The notes below the pieces were generated by a model, which was not told the origin of the DNA, did not search any database, and saw only the letters and a list, made by a program, of their open reading frames with translations. A stretch of DNA of 64,000 nucleotides from Collinsella aerofaciens. GTDB taxonomy: Bacteria > Actinomycetota > Coriobacteriia > Coriobacteriales > Coriobacteriaceae. Location of the stretch: NCBI GenBank assembly GCA_048384935.1, contig DBEWII010000100.1, forward strand, positions 858 through 64,857, read 5' to 3'. Below are positions 29,049 to 37,957 of this stretch, in pieces (within the stretch, counting starts at the first letter, position 1; every line of letters starts with the position of its first letter). The position numbers were made by a program, and so were the translations under genes.

Positions 29049-29861
29049 ATGACAGCTATCGATCGAACGACGGCAGTCGCGGCCTTCAAGACCTATACCG
29101 ATGCTTACGATGCCGCCAATCCGCGTATCGCGCTCAAAATCGAGCATACGTACCACGTTGCCGAGGTATGCGATGCCGTGGCGCGCGAACAGGACTGGTC
29201 ACCGCAGGACATTGACCTAGCGTGGCTTTGCGGCCTGCTACACGATATGGGTCGCTTTGAACAGTTGCGACGCTGGGACACGTTTAAGGATGCCGAGAGT
29301 ATGAGCCATGCGGAGTTGGGCGTCGAGGTTCTCTTTGGCAAAAACCCTGCAGACGCGCCCGCGACAACAAGTATCCGCGACTTTATCGACGATCCGGCAG
29401 AAGACGAGCTCATCCGTGCAAGCATCGCCCACCACAGCGATTTTCGCCTACCCACGGAACTCGACACCCGCACGCGGAACTTCTGCGATATCGTGCGCGA
29501 TGGCGACAAGATCGACATTATGCGCACCATCGCCGACAGCACCGTCGATACCATCCTCAAGGTTGATGAGGACACATTTCTCGCCAGCCGGTTCTCGACA
29601 CCGGCGCTCGCCGCCTTTGACGAGCACCGCTGCGTCGCACGTGATGAGCGCGACGAGCCCGCGGACTACCTGGTGGGGCTCATCTGCTTTATGTTTGAGC
29701 TCGTCTATCCGGCGAGCCGCGCGCTGGCGCGCGAGCAGGGCGATATCTACCGCCTGCTCGACGCGCCCTTTGGCATTACGCGCTCCTTTACCGATCCCGC
29801 CACGCAAGCGACCTGGGAGCGTCTAAAGGACGAGATGCGCGACTGGCTGGCGCGCGCCTAG
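29049..29861 (+). CDS. HD-domain phosphohydrolase
   Basis: H...HD metal motif (HTYHV, then LLHDMGRFEQ) and later HHSD. No GYP motif. The 3' end overlaps the etfA stop by 4 nt, convergently. Confidence 0.75.
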   Translation: MTAIDRTTAVAAFKTYTDAYDAANPRIALKIEHTYHVAEVCDAVAREQDWSPQDIDLAWLCGLLHDMGRFEQLRRWDTFKDAESMSHAELGVEVLFGKNPADAPATTSIRDFIDDPAEDELIRASIAHHSDFRLPTELDTRTRNFCDIVRDGDKIDIMRTIADSTVDTILKVDEDTFLASRFSTPALAAFDEHRCVARDERDEPADYLVGLICFMFELVYPASRALAREQGDIYRLLDAPFGITRSFTDPATQATWERLKDEMRDWLARA

Positions 29862-31063
29862 CGCTCAAGCTGGGCCAGCAGCTCCTCGACGACCTCGACG
29901 GCATCGCCGACAACCTTGTACTGGGCAGCACCAAAGATGGGGGCATCCGGGTCCTCGTTGATGGCGATAATGCACTCCGCCCCACCGATGCCGGCAAGAT
30001 GCTGAATGGCGCCTGAAACACCGATACTCACGAGAAGCTTGGGCGAAACCGATACGCCCGTCTGGCCAATCTGATGGCGATACTCCAACCAGCCGGCCTC
30101 CACGACAGGTCGCGTGCAGCCAAGCTCGGCTCCCAGAGCCCCGGCGAGTTTTCGCATCAGCGGCAGGTTTTTCTTGGAACCAATGCCGCGACCCACCACG
30201 ACCAGGCGCTCGGCATCGGCGATCGAAGCCTGCTGCCCCCACTCCTCGGCGGGAATCGAGATCTCGACACAAGCCTTGGTGTCTTCCGCAAGGAATACCT
30301 GGGTAATCGTGCCAGAGCGGCTGTAGTCAAACTCGGGCTCCCTAAAGATGCCGGGGCGCACCGTTGCCATCTGAGGACGGTGGTTGGGGCAAATGATGGT
30401 GGCCATCAAGTTGCCGCCAAACGCCGGGCGCGTCTGCTGCAGTAGGCCCGTCTCCGTATCCATCGAAAGTACGGTGCAGTCAGCCGTAAGGCCCGTCTGC
30501 AAACGCACGGCAACGCCGGGTGCCAGTTCGCGGCCAAAGGCGGTCGCACCGTACAGAATGGCCTCGGGCTTGTGCTCTGCCACCAAATCACAGATCAGCC
30601 GGGCGTAGACCCCCGCGTCGTTCTGACGCAGGCGCTCGTCGCGACAGGCCAGGACCTCGTCTGCACCGGCGCAAACCAGATGCTCCAGGTCACCGAGAGA
30701 ACCCTCGGGGCCCATACCGACCAGTGCCACCAGACGGCAACCACGGGCATCGGCAAGTTCGCGTCCCTTGCCCATGAGCTCGTAGGCCACCGGGGCCACG
30801 ACATCGTGTTCGTCGGTCTGAACGAATACCCAGATATCTCGATACGCATCGAGGTCAACCGCGCCGGCGGCCTCGTCGCGCTCGATCGAAATGGCATTGA
30901 CGGGACAAGCGTCGACGCACCCGCCGCATAGGATGCAGCCGTCGGTTACGCGGGCGCAACGGTTGGGCCGCTCGCCTTCCACTACGATGCCGCCAGAGGC
31001 ACAGGCGCGAACGCAGCGACCGCAGCCGATACAGGCTTCGCTATCGATAATCAGTCCGCTCAT
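29858..31063 (-). CDS. etfA: electron transfer flavoprotein alpha subunit with N-terminal 2x[4Fe-4S] ferredoxin domain
   Basis: CIGCGRCVRAC and CILCGGCVDACP clusters at the N-terminus. Etf-alpha FAD signature SIGVSGAIQHLAGI near the C-terminus. Confidence 0.9.
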   Translation of the reverse strand: MSGLIIDSEACIGCGRCVRACASGGIVVEGERPNRCARVTDGCILCGGCVDACPVNAISIERDEAAGAVDLDAYRDIWVFVQTDEHDVVAPVAYELMGKGRELADARGCRLVALVGMGPEGSLGDLEHLVCAGADEVLACRDERLRQNDAGVYARLICDLVAEHKPEAILYGATAFGRELAPGVAVRLQTGLTADCTVLSMDTETGLLQQTRPAFGGNLMATIICPNHRPQMATVRPGIFREPEFDYSRSGTITQVFLAEDTKACVEISIPAEEWGQQASIADAERLVVVGRGIGSKKNLPLMRKLAGALGAELGCTRPVVEAGWLEYRHQIGQTGVSVSPKLLVSIGVSGAIQHLAGIGGAECIIAINEDPDAPIFGAAQYKVVGDAVEVVEELLAQLER

Positions 31064-31885
31064 CTATGCCATCCCCTCGATAATCTTGGCAAGTTTTGCC
31101 GCCTGCTCGGACGCCGTTCCGTCAACGGCCTCGCACGTTTGGTCGCGTTCGGGCACAAACGATCGCACGACCTGTGTCGGCGAGCCGGCAAGGCCGCAGC
31201 GCGCGGGGTCGGCGTTCACGTCGGCAGCGTTGACCACGCGCACGTCCGCCTCCTCGGCTGCACGAATACCGGCAATGCTCGGCATACGCAGTTGGCCAAT
31301 CTCCTTGGCGGTCGTCATCGCGCACGGCATCTCAAGATAGACCGTCTCCTCGCCGGCGTCACAGCCGTGGACAAGCGCCAGTGAACCACAGGTCGTAAAG
31401 CCCGCGCTCTGCACGCAGCTCACGTCGGTCACGCAGGGAATCTCAAAGGCACCGGCAAGCTCGGGACCAATCTGGGCCGTATCGCCGTCCACCGCCATTT
31501 TGCCGCAGATGAGCAGGTCGAAGTCCTCGTCGAGCGCCTCGATGCCGCACTTGAGGGCATAGGTGGTTGCCAGGGTATCGGCACCTGCAAAGGCGCGATC
31601 GGTTAGCAGCAGTGCGTCATCGGCGCCTCGGGCGATGCAGTCGCGCAATAGCGATTCAGTCGCGGGGATGCCCATCGACACCACCGTTACGCGCACGTCC
31701 ATGCCAAAGCCGATAAAGTCGTCCTTCAGCGCCAGCGCGCATTCCAAAGCGCTCGCGTCAAAGGGATTAATGACCGCCTGCTTGCCGTCACGCACAATCG
31801 TATTGGTCTTGGGGTCCATCTTGACCTCGGTGCTTCCCGGCACCGCCTTGACGCATACCACCATATGGAAATCGCTCATCTTCAC
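31064..31885 (-). CDS. etfB: electron transfer flavoprotein beta subunit
   Basis: MVVCVKAVPGSTEVKMD start typical of EtfB/FixA. Abuts etfA and overlaps the upstream oxidase gene by 4 nt. Confidence 0.9.
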   Translation of the reverse strand: MKMSDFHMVVCVKAVPGSTEVKMDPKTNTIVRDGKQAVINPFDASALECALALKDDFIGFGMDVRVTVVSMGIPATESLLRDCIARGADDALLLTDRAFAGADTLATTYALKCGIEALDEDFDLLICGKMAVDGDTAQIGPELAGAFEIPCVTDVSCVQSAGFTTCGSLALVHGCDAGEETVYLEMPCAMTTAKEIGQLRMPSIAGIRAAEEADVRVVNAADVNADPARCGLAGSPTQVVRSFVPERDQTCEAVDGTASEQAAKLAKIIEGMA

Positions 31886-33483
31886 GCGCCCCCTTTCTGG
31901 ACGAGCTCATCCAAGAGCTTCTCCGAAAACAGGTTACCGCGACCCAGCCGCGCGGCAGGATCGAGCTGCAGCTTGAGCCGCGCCGACTCGACCATGGCCT
32001 CGTGACCGTACATCGTCTCCAAGAAGCCCGCCTTGATCTTGCCGACGCCGTGTTCGGCGGAGACCGCGCCGCCCATGGCCGTGACCTCGGAAGCCCACTG
32101 GGCAAAGAGTTCTCCGCCGCGGCGGTAATCCTGCGCATCGCGCGGCAGAATGTTCACATGCAGATGGTTGTTACCGATGTGCCCCCAGGCGGCAGATTCA
32201 AGCCCACTTTCGGCCAACGTGCGGCGATAAAGGGCGATGACATCGGCCAAGCGTGCGTTGGGCACCGACATGTCCGAGCCCAGTTTGGTGATGGTGGGAT
32301 CCGTGCGGCGACGCTCGTCGATGAGCATGTTGACGCTCTCGGGCACCGCATGGCGGAAGAATCGCTGACACTCGCGGTCGACCTCGGTGCGCGCGACCCA
32401 TGTCGCATCGTCGCTGCCGCCCGCAAGCTCTAGTACCCACCCCAAGTGATACAGCTCCTGAGTCGCCTGGGCCTCGTCGTCGCAGTCGAGCTCCACGTAG
32501 ACACAGACCTTGGCGTCTTTGTCGAGCGCCGGCAGCGAGGCGAACGCGGTCGACTGCTCACGCTGACGACGCAGGATATCCAGGGCGCCCGCATCGAAAT
32601 ACTCGATGGCAGCCGCGTGGGACAGGACGGGACGCACAGAATCGGTGAAGGACACGGCCTTGTCTTCGCTGTCAAAGAAGCAGCTCACGCCCCAAACGAC
32701 CGCAGGTGCCGCCTGCAGGGCAATCTCGAGCTCGGTGATGACGCCGAGTGTGCCACACGCGCCGATAAACAGATCGATGGCATCCATGTCGTCAGCAACG
32801 AAATAGCCCGAAGCATTTTTGGTCTTGGGCATGGTGTAATCGGGAAGGTCGAGCTCGAGCGTACGGCCCTGCACCGTGACGAGCGAAAGGCAACGACCCC
32901 GTGCAAAAACCTCGCCACGGTGAAGCTCGAGCAGGTCGCCATCGGTCAGCGCGACATGAAGGCCCGTGACGTGAGGGCGCATGGGGCCGTAAGCGTAGCT
33001 ACGGGCGCCGGAGGCGTTGCATGCCGCCATACCGCCCAGGCAGGCAGATGCCTCGGTGGGATCGGTGGGAAAGAATTGCTCGGGAGCTTCCTGGAACTCC
33101 TCGTAGGCCTCAAGCGATGCCTGGTCCCAGCCGGCAGTCGGCAGCACTTTCTTGCCCAGTTGCTTGCGCAGCTCCGAGAGCACAACGCCCGGCTCCACGC
33201 GCAGCAAAAATTGGCCTTGTTCATCGCGGCGAAGGCCCAAGTAGCGATTCATACGGGAAGTATTGAGGATATGCCCGCCGTGGGGCACGGCACCGGCGGC
33301 AAGGCCGGTTCGGGCGCCCTGAACCGTTACCGGGACACGCTCGGCATGGAGCTTTTCCAAAATGGCACGGACCTCGTCTTCCGTTGTCGGAAACGAGATG
33401 CTCGAGGCCTCGCCCGATGCGCGAGACTCGTCGCGACCATACTCTTCGAACTCGTCGGTGAAGGGTTTGATGGTTGCAGACAC
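31882..33483 (-). CDS. FAD-linked oxidase (GlcD / D-lactate dehydrogenase-like, LctD-like)
   Basis: PCMH-type FAD-binding region (VTVQGARTGLAAGAVP) and a C-terminal FAD-oxidase domain (AEHGVGKIK). First gene of an operon with etfB and etfA. Confidence 0.85.
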   Translation of the reverse strand: MSATIKPFTDEFEEYGRDESRASGEASSISFPTTEDEVRAILEKLHAERVPVTVQGARTGLAAGAVPHGGHILNTSRMNRYLGLRRDEQGQFLLRVEPGVVLSELRKQLGKKVLPTAGWDQASLEAYEEFQEAPEQFFPTDPTEASACLGGMAACNASGARSYAYGPMRPHVTGLHVALTDGDLLELHRGEVFARGRCLSLVTVQGRTLELDLPDYTMPKTKNASGYFVADDMDAIDLFIGACGTLGVITELEIALQAAPAVVWGVSCFFDSEDKAVSFTDSVRPVLSHAAAIEYFDAGALDILRRQREQSTAFASLPALDKDAKVCVYVELDCDDEAQATQELYHLGWVLELAGGSDDATWVARTEVDRECQRFFRHAVPESVNMLIDERRRTDPTITKLGSDMSVPNARLADVIALYRRTLAESGLESAAWGHIGNNHLHVNILPRDAQDYRRGGELFAQWASEVTAMGGAVSAEHGVGKIKAGFLETMYGHEAMVESARLKLQLDPAARLGRGNLFSEKLLDELVQKGGA

Positions 33484-33828
33484 GCGAACTCCCCCTTTAG
33501 CTAACTACAGTATTTGCAGGGAGATGTTACCGCATCGTTTCGTCGACGTGTTCGAGACCGTCTCCATAATTGGCGATTATTACGTTCGTGCAATTCGGCG
33601 AGCGGCTTGATTTCCTCGGCAGACGATGCTTTTGACACATATGGCCCCGCCGTCGCCGACCGCGCGATTGTCGCTTGAAAAAAGTTGGAGTATTTTTTTC
33701 CCCTTTTACCTGCGGAGACACCAATCCGTCAAGCATTTGGTCAGCAATTGGTCAAGTAGTGGCTGATACCGTCGGCATCGACAGCCAAAACCGACAGAAG
33801 TTTTGGCCCCAGAAGCAGGGAGGTTCCC

Positions 33829-34125
33829 ATGGCATATTACTGGCCCCAGTACGGCATCGCCATCGAAGTCGACGACGATCCCCATCTCCTGCCTTTCGAC
33901 GAAGAGGCATTCCCCGATACGACGGTCTACCACGTTACCACCGATGTGATCTGCGACCCCGAGTCGTTCTCGGCGCTCGCCCACCGCATCGCGCATATCC
34001 ACGACATCGAGCTCCCTCCCGACTTCGACGAGCTTGTCTACTCACGCCGCCTGATGCTTCACATGCTCTTTGGAGCGAACCCGTCCACCTTTGCGCGCAT
34101 CTATACCGCCAAGGATGCCGCATGA
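33829..34125 (+). CDS. hypothetical 98-aa protein, possible fragment of a DUF559/Vsr-like endonuclease fold
   Basis: GGGAGG RBS before the ATG at 33829. The stop overlaps the next ATG (ATGA at 34122-34125). The pattern GIAIEVDDD...VYHVTTDVICDPESFSALAHRI parallels the C-terminal part of the 60401-61534 protein. Confidence 0.45.
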   Translation: MAYYWPQYGIAIEVDDDPHLLPFDEEAFPDTTVYHVTTDVICDPESFSALAHRIAHIHDIELPPDFDELVYSRRLMLHMLFGANPSTFARIYTAKDAA

Positions 34126-34631
34126 GCGCGAAGAAGCCACCCCACTTTGCAGGCCTGGGTCGTCGCAAGAAGCTCATCCTTGCCTGTTTGGCCATCGTCT
34201 GTGCCCTTGTCGCCGTAGGACTATACGCTTGGCAGTCGCAGCCCGTACCCGAGGCGGGCGCTTCGGTTACGACGGCCGAGGGCAAAACGCGTCAGGAAAT
34301 CCAAGATGAGCTCGACGCCATCGTCCGCGACAACATGATGACGATTTCGGTCGCACCGGTCGCTCAGCTGCAGGAGGACGGCAAGCTGCGCGTCAACGTG
34401 CAAAACGTCCAAGACAATAAATTTCCCCAGCGATTCCGCGTCATCCAAAACGACGAGACCATGTACGAATCCGGTGTGGTCGAGACCGGCAAGACAATCG
34501 AAACGTGCCCCGCCGGCGACATCAAAGAAGGCGAGGCGTACATCGAGATCCAGACACTCGATGCCAAGACCCTCGACAGCCACGGCAATCCGACACGTGT
34601 CAAGGTGCGGGTTGAGCAAGCCGAGAACTAG
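34122..34631 (+). CDS. N-terminally membrane-anchored extracytoplasmic protein, unknown function
   Basis: MSAKKPPHFAGLGRRKK, then a single TM helix (LILACLAIVCALVAVGLYAW), then about 125 aa of beta-rich ectodomain. Translationally coupled to the upstream ORF. Confidence 0.6.
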   Translation: MSAKKPPHFAGLGRRKKLILACLAIVCALVAVGLYAWQSQPVPEAGASVTTAEGKTRQEIQDELDAIVRDNMMTISVAPVAQLQEDGKLRVNVQNVQDNKFPQRFRVIQNDETMYESGVVETGKTIETCPAGDIKEGEAYIEIQTLDAKTLDSHGNPTRVKVRVEQAEN

Positions 34632-34721
34632 CTTTTCCGGCCGACGCGGCACCGCACGCAATTCACCAGCATTCGTCCAATCATCGCGGGGACGGCCCGC
34701 GGCGAATAGAAAGGAACGACC

Positions 34722-35321
34722 ATGGACATCACCAGGGACATGAACGGAGCCAGAGCGCTCGTCGTGGGCGCAGGGCTCGCGCTCGCGCTCGCAATGGGCG
34801 CCGCCCCGACGCCAGCTATGGCAGCCGGGCGCGTTGGAACCACGAAAGTAATGGTCAGGACCGAGATCGACAACGTTGAGTTCAAAGTTCCGACGGTTAT
34901 TCCCTTCGTCGCCAAGGCCGACGGCACGCTTCAGGGCCCCTCAGAAGACGCGACCACCATCGACAATCATTCGGCCTACGGCATCCATGTCACCAACATG
35001 AAGATCGACGCCATGAACACCTGGACCATTGCTGCCGACGCCAAAGCCGGAACCGCACAGAACTCCATCGACTTTAAGGTCGGCCCCGACGGCGCACTCC
35101 AGAACGCCAGCGCCGCAACGCAGGGGACGGGCCTCGATCTTTCCAAGAATGCAGCCTTCGACATGGGCTACCAGGGCATTGCCGGCGGCAAGGACAAAAT
35201 TAAGCTCAAGACAAGCGGAAACGTCGCCCGCGTCACGCGCGACATCTTCCGCGTAACCGGCGAAGGCGATCAGGTTGCAACGATCACCTGGACGGTCGAG
35301 CCCGGTGCGCACACGGCATAA
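34722..35321 (+). CDS. secreted beta-rich surface protein with two WT(I/V) motifs (WxL-like)
   Basis: Signal peptide ending PAMA|AG. The motifs NTWTIAAD and ITWTVEPG are about 90 aa apart, the second near the C-terminus, which is reminiscent of WxL domains. Confidence 0.55.
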   Translation: MDITRDMNGARALVVGAGLALALAMGAAPTPAMAAGRVGTTKVMVRTEIDNVEFKVPTVIPFVAKADGTLQGPSEDATTIDNHSAYGIHVTNMKIDAMNTWTIAADAKAGTAQNSIDFKVGPDGALQNASAATQGTGLDLSKNAAFDMGYQGIAGGKDKIKLKTSGNVARVTRDIFRVTGEGDQVATITWTVEPGAHTA

Positions 35322-35586
35322 GGCTGTCGCCCTGGCCGCCGCCGTCAGCATCCTAGCGTTTGGGCCAGCCATGGCCTTTGCCCAGCAAGAACAGGCGCAG
35401 GCCGCCACGCAAGTGACGGTCGACCTCTCGGAGCTCGACCGCGGCGACCGCGAGGAACCGTTGGCGCAGACAGGCGACAGACGATGGCTCTTGGCAGCAG
35501 GCGCCGCAGCAGCAGGCGCGGGGACCGCCGGCCTCGGTCTGCACATCAAACGCAGCCAGAAACAAAACACGGACAGGCCGCACTAA
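35275..35586 (+). CDS. very small sortase-substrate protein (LAQTG sorting signal)
   Basis: Signal peptide (..AVALAAAVSILAFGPAMAFA|QQ), about 30 aa of mature sequence, LAQTG, a hydrophobic stretch (WLLAAGAAAAGAGTAGLGL), and a basic tail (HIKRSQKQ). The start is uncertain (TTG at 35275 or GTG at 35305) and overlaps the preceding gene. Confidence 0.6.
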   Translation: MQRSPGRSSPVRTRHKAVALAAAVSILAFGPAMAFAQQEQAQAATQVTVDLSELDRGDREEPLAQTGDRRWLLAAGAAAAGAGTAGLGLHIKRSQKQNTDRPH

Positions 35587-35604
35587 ATTAGCTAAGGAGA
35601 CCCC

Positions 35605-37035
35605 ATGGCATCAAAGAACCTTTTGCCCGTCGTCGCACTCTGCGGCGCGCTCGCAACCGGAACGCCCGTCGCCGCTTGGGCGACTCCCGTCATGGCAGAC
35701 TCCTTACCAGCAGCCCTAAGCTCCGCACCAAATCCGTCGAGTGCCATTGCGTGTAAGCGTTTTTCGATCGCACAAGCCGCAATCTCAACCTCGGGATGCC
35801 TTCGTCGTAATACGGACGGCTCGATAGTCGTGGATATCAATCGTTCGAACAAGGCAAACGGCTCCCAGGCGGGGTGCGCCGTCTGCATGTGGCGCTCGGT
35901 TGTGCTCGATGCGGATGGCGATCCATGCAATTTAGAGCTGCGCATCGACATCGCTTCGGTCGATGACTCGGCGAACGGAGCGAAGGTCGCCTTCGACGGT
36001 ACGTTTTTCGAGAAAGGAGGCGGTATATGTCTGGGCTGCGCCGCCGCGAATGCAGACGATGCGCAGCCCACCCTCTCATTCACGGCATCGTTGCGACTGA
36101 CCAAAGCCGGCACCGATGCCATCGCGGCGGGAGAAGCGTCCCTGCTGTTCTACGCCGTCAGCGCCAAAGACACAAACGCTCATTTCGAGAAGCCAGCCGG
36201 ATCACTCAGTCTTACACGAGGGATAGAGGCAGGCCCTATTGAAATCGATGCCCACGCGCAAAGCAGGCAACGCATTCTTGCCGACCCGGCGCTTCTCGAA
36301 ATGGAGTGGAACGGATCCGGAGCCATCGGAATTCTCCCCTCCGCGCTTGACGCCAAGACGCTCCCCTCAAACGACGAACCCATCAACGCAACCATACAAG
36401 AAGAGAGCGCGGATAAAGAAGCAGGTGCGGGCGACACGCCGTCGCCGACAAACAGCGCCCCAGCTTCTTTCGAAGCACCGAATGAGCCCGCTGCCGATCC
36501 AAACGATCCCGAGCTCGCGGACAGTCTGGGGCTTGCTGATCCTCAAGAGATCGATGAAGGTAACTGTTGCGTGCTTGCCGCACTCGACCACACAGAGGTC
36601 ATCGACGCTGCGAACATCGAAGTTGCCGCCGCCAATCAGCCCGTCCGCAAGTCGGCTATCATCGCATTTCCCGAATCCATCGAAGTCGTCTTTTTGCCAT
36701 CGGGCGAGGTCGTGGCCCCAACACTGCTCACCTTGTTGGGCGCCAAGAATACTCGAAACGAAATTAAAAAGGTCACGGTTGTCGACCCTGCAACCACCGC
36801 CAAGCTGCGTCTATACGCCGTTGCTCCAGACGGAGGCAAGACCTTGGAATTCGATGGTGACACACTCCTAGCCTGGCGACGTCTGGACATTATGCAAGAC
36901 GTCTCGTATCAGATCGAACTCGAAGGGTTTGATCGTGCCCGCGATGCCAATATCATCGCCGCGGCTATTGAATCCCCGCAGCGGCTTATGACACTGCGCT
37001 TTGAATACTATCCCTATGTCCCGACAACCACCTGA
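35605..37035 (+). CDS. large secreted protein, unknown function
   Basis: 476 aa with an N-terminal signal peptide (LLPVVALCGALATGTPVAAWA) and an acidic, Pro/Ala-rich linker in the middle. No recognisable catalytic motif. Confidence 0.6.
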   Translation: MASKNLLPVVALCGALATGTPVAAWATPVMADSLPAALSSAPNPSSAIACKRFSIAQAAISTSGCLRRNTDGSIVVDINRSNKANGSQAGCAVCMWRSVVLDADGDPCNLELRIDIASVDDSANGAKVAFDGTFFEKGGGICLGCAAANADDAQPTLSFTASLRLTKAGTDAIAAGEASLLFYAVSAKDTNAHFEKPAGSLSLTRGIEAGPIEIDAHAQSRQRILADPALLEMEWNGSGAIGILPSALDAKTLPSNDEPINATIQEESADKEAGAGDTPSPTNSAPASFEAPNEPAADPNDPELADSLGLADPQEIDEGNCCVLAALDHTEVIDAANIEVAAANQPVRKSAIIAFPESIEVVFLPSGEVVAPTLLTLLGAKNTRNEIKKVTVVDPATTAKLRLYAVAPDGGKTLEFDGDTLLAWRRLDIMQDVSYQIELEGFDRARDANIIAAAIESPQRLMTLRFEYYPYVPTTT

Positions 37036-37153
37036 GGCTTAAATGCTGCACATCATTCCTAACACCACTTATATAACGTATTAGATGAGTCGCGATGTGC
37101 CTCGCATTTCGTTCTGCTACGATTGCCACGTTGGCATCAATACAGGAGGGCTC

Positions 37154-37870
37154 ATGCCGGGCTTGGGAACAATCATCAACGTTGTGCTTTTAGTTGCGGG
37201 CGGTCTTTTGGGATTAGCGGGCGGCCGCTTCATCACACCGCGCATCCAAGACACACTCATGAAAGCATCGGGGCTGTGCGTCCTGTTTATCGGCCTTGGC
37301 GGCACCATGCAAAAGATGCTCCTTATCGATGGGAAGGCGCTAGCGACCACCGGCACCACCATGCTCATCGTCTCATTTGCGCTCGGTTCGCTCATCGGCG
37401 AGGCCGTCAACTTGGAAGCCGCCATCGAGAACCTTGGCGAATGGCTCAAGCGCAAGACCGGCAGTGAGGGCGATAACGAGTTCACCAACGCTTTTGTCTC
37501 GACTTCACTCACCGTGTGTATCGGCGCCATGGCAATTGTGGGATCGATCCAGGACGGCCTGCTCGGCGACTGGTCAACGCTTGCCCTCAAGGGCGCACTG
37601 GACTGCATCATCGTCTGCACCATGACGGCGTCGCTCGGACGCGGCTGCATCTTCTCGGCCCTGCCCGTAGCCGTGTTCCAGGGGACGATCACGTTGTTTG
37701 CCGGCGCGCTCTCCCCCATCATGACCACAGCAGCCCTCAACAGCCTTTCGCTCGTAGGCTCCATGCTCATCTTCTGCGTCGGCGTCAACCTCATCCGTCC
37801 TCAGACCTTCCGCACGGCCAATATGCTCCCCTCCGTCGTCATCGCCGTCATCTACGCCCTCCTGTTCTAA
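37154..37870 (+). CDS. DUF554-family membrane protein (YdfK-like)
   Basis: MPGLGTIINVVLLVAGGLLG start is typical of DUF554. Polytopic. ACAGGAGGG RBS before the ATG at 37154. Confidence 0.8.
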   Translation: MPGLGTIINVVLLVAGGLLGLAGGRFITPRIQDTLMKASGLCVLFIGLGGTMQKMLLIDGKALATTGTTMLIVSFALGSLIGEAVNLEAAIENLGEWLKRKTGSEGDNEFTNAFVSTSLTVCIGAMAIVGSIQDGLLGDWSTLALKGALDCIIVCTMTASLGRGCIFSALPVAVFQGTITLFAGALSPIMTTAALNSLSLVGSMLIFCVGVNLIRPQTFRTANMLPSVVIAVIYALLF

Positions 37871-37891
37871 ATCTATCAACGCAGCGGTATC

Positions 37892-37921
37892 TCGAACACC
37901 TGTTTGATGCTGTGCTATGAT
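37892..37921 (+). promoter_or_regulatory. candidate sigma-70-type promoter for the TerB/ATPase/helicase cassette
   Basis: TCGAAC (37892-37897), an 18-nt spacer, then TATGAT (37916-37921), 37 nt upstream of the GTG start. Weak -35 and good -10. Confidence 0.3.
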
Positions 37922-37957
37922 ATGAGGTCACCGTAGCTGCGTTCGAGAGGAGGAGCG

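Noticed and set aside
29049-29861. The HD-domain protein as an HD-GYP c-di-GMP phosphodiesterase partnering the nearby GGDEF cyclase.
   Set aside because: The sequence has H..HD and HHSD metal motifs but no GYP motif or HHExxDGxGYP block. It is 2.5 kb away and separated by unrelated transporter genes.
34036-34045. A 10-mer, GTCTACTCAC, inside the 98-aa ORF that is identical to the core of the MITE-like terminal repeat.
   Set aside because: The match does not extend beyond 10 nt and there is no partner inverted arm, so it is most likely coincidental.
33675-34121. Long N-terminal extension of the 318-aa ORF (33675-34631).
   Set aside because: The first about 149 codons are Arg/Pro/His-rich nonsense-like sequence overlapping the better 98-aa ORF in another frame. 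The plausible protein starts at MSAKKPP (ATG 34122), with a classic positive-inside TM anchor and an ATGA coupling.
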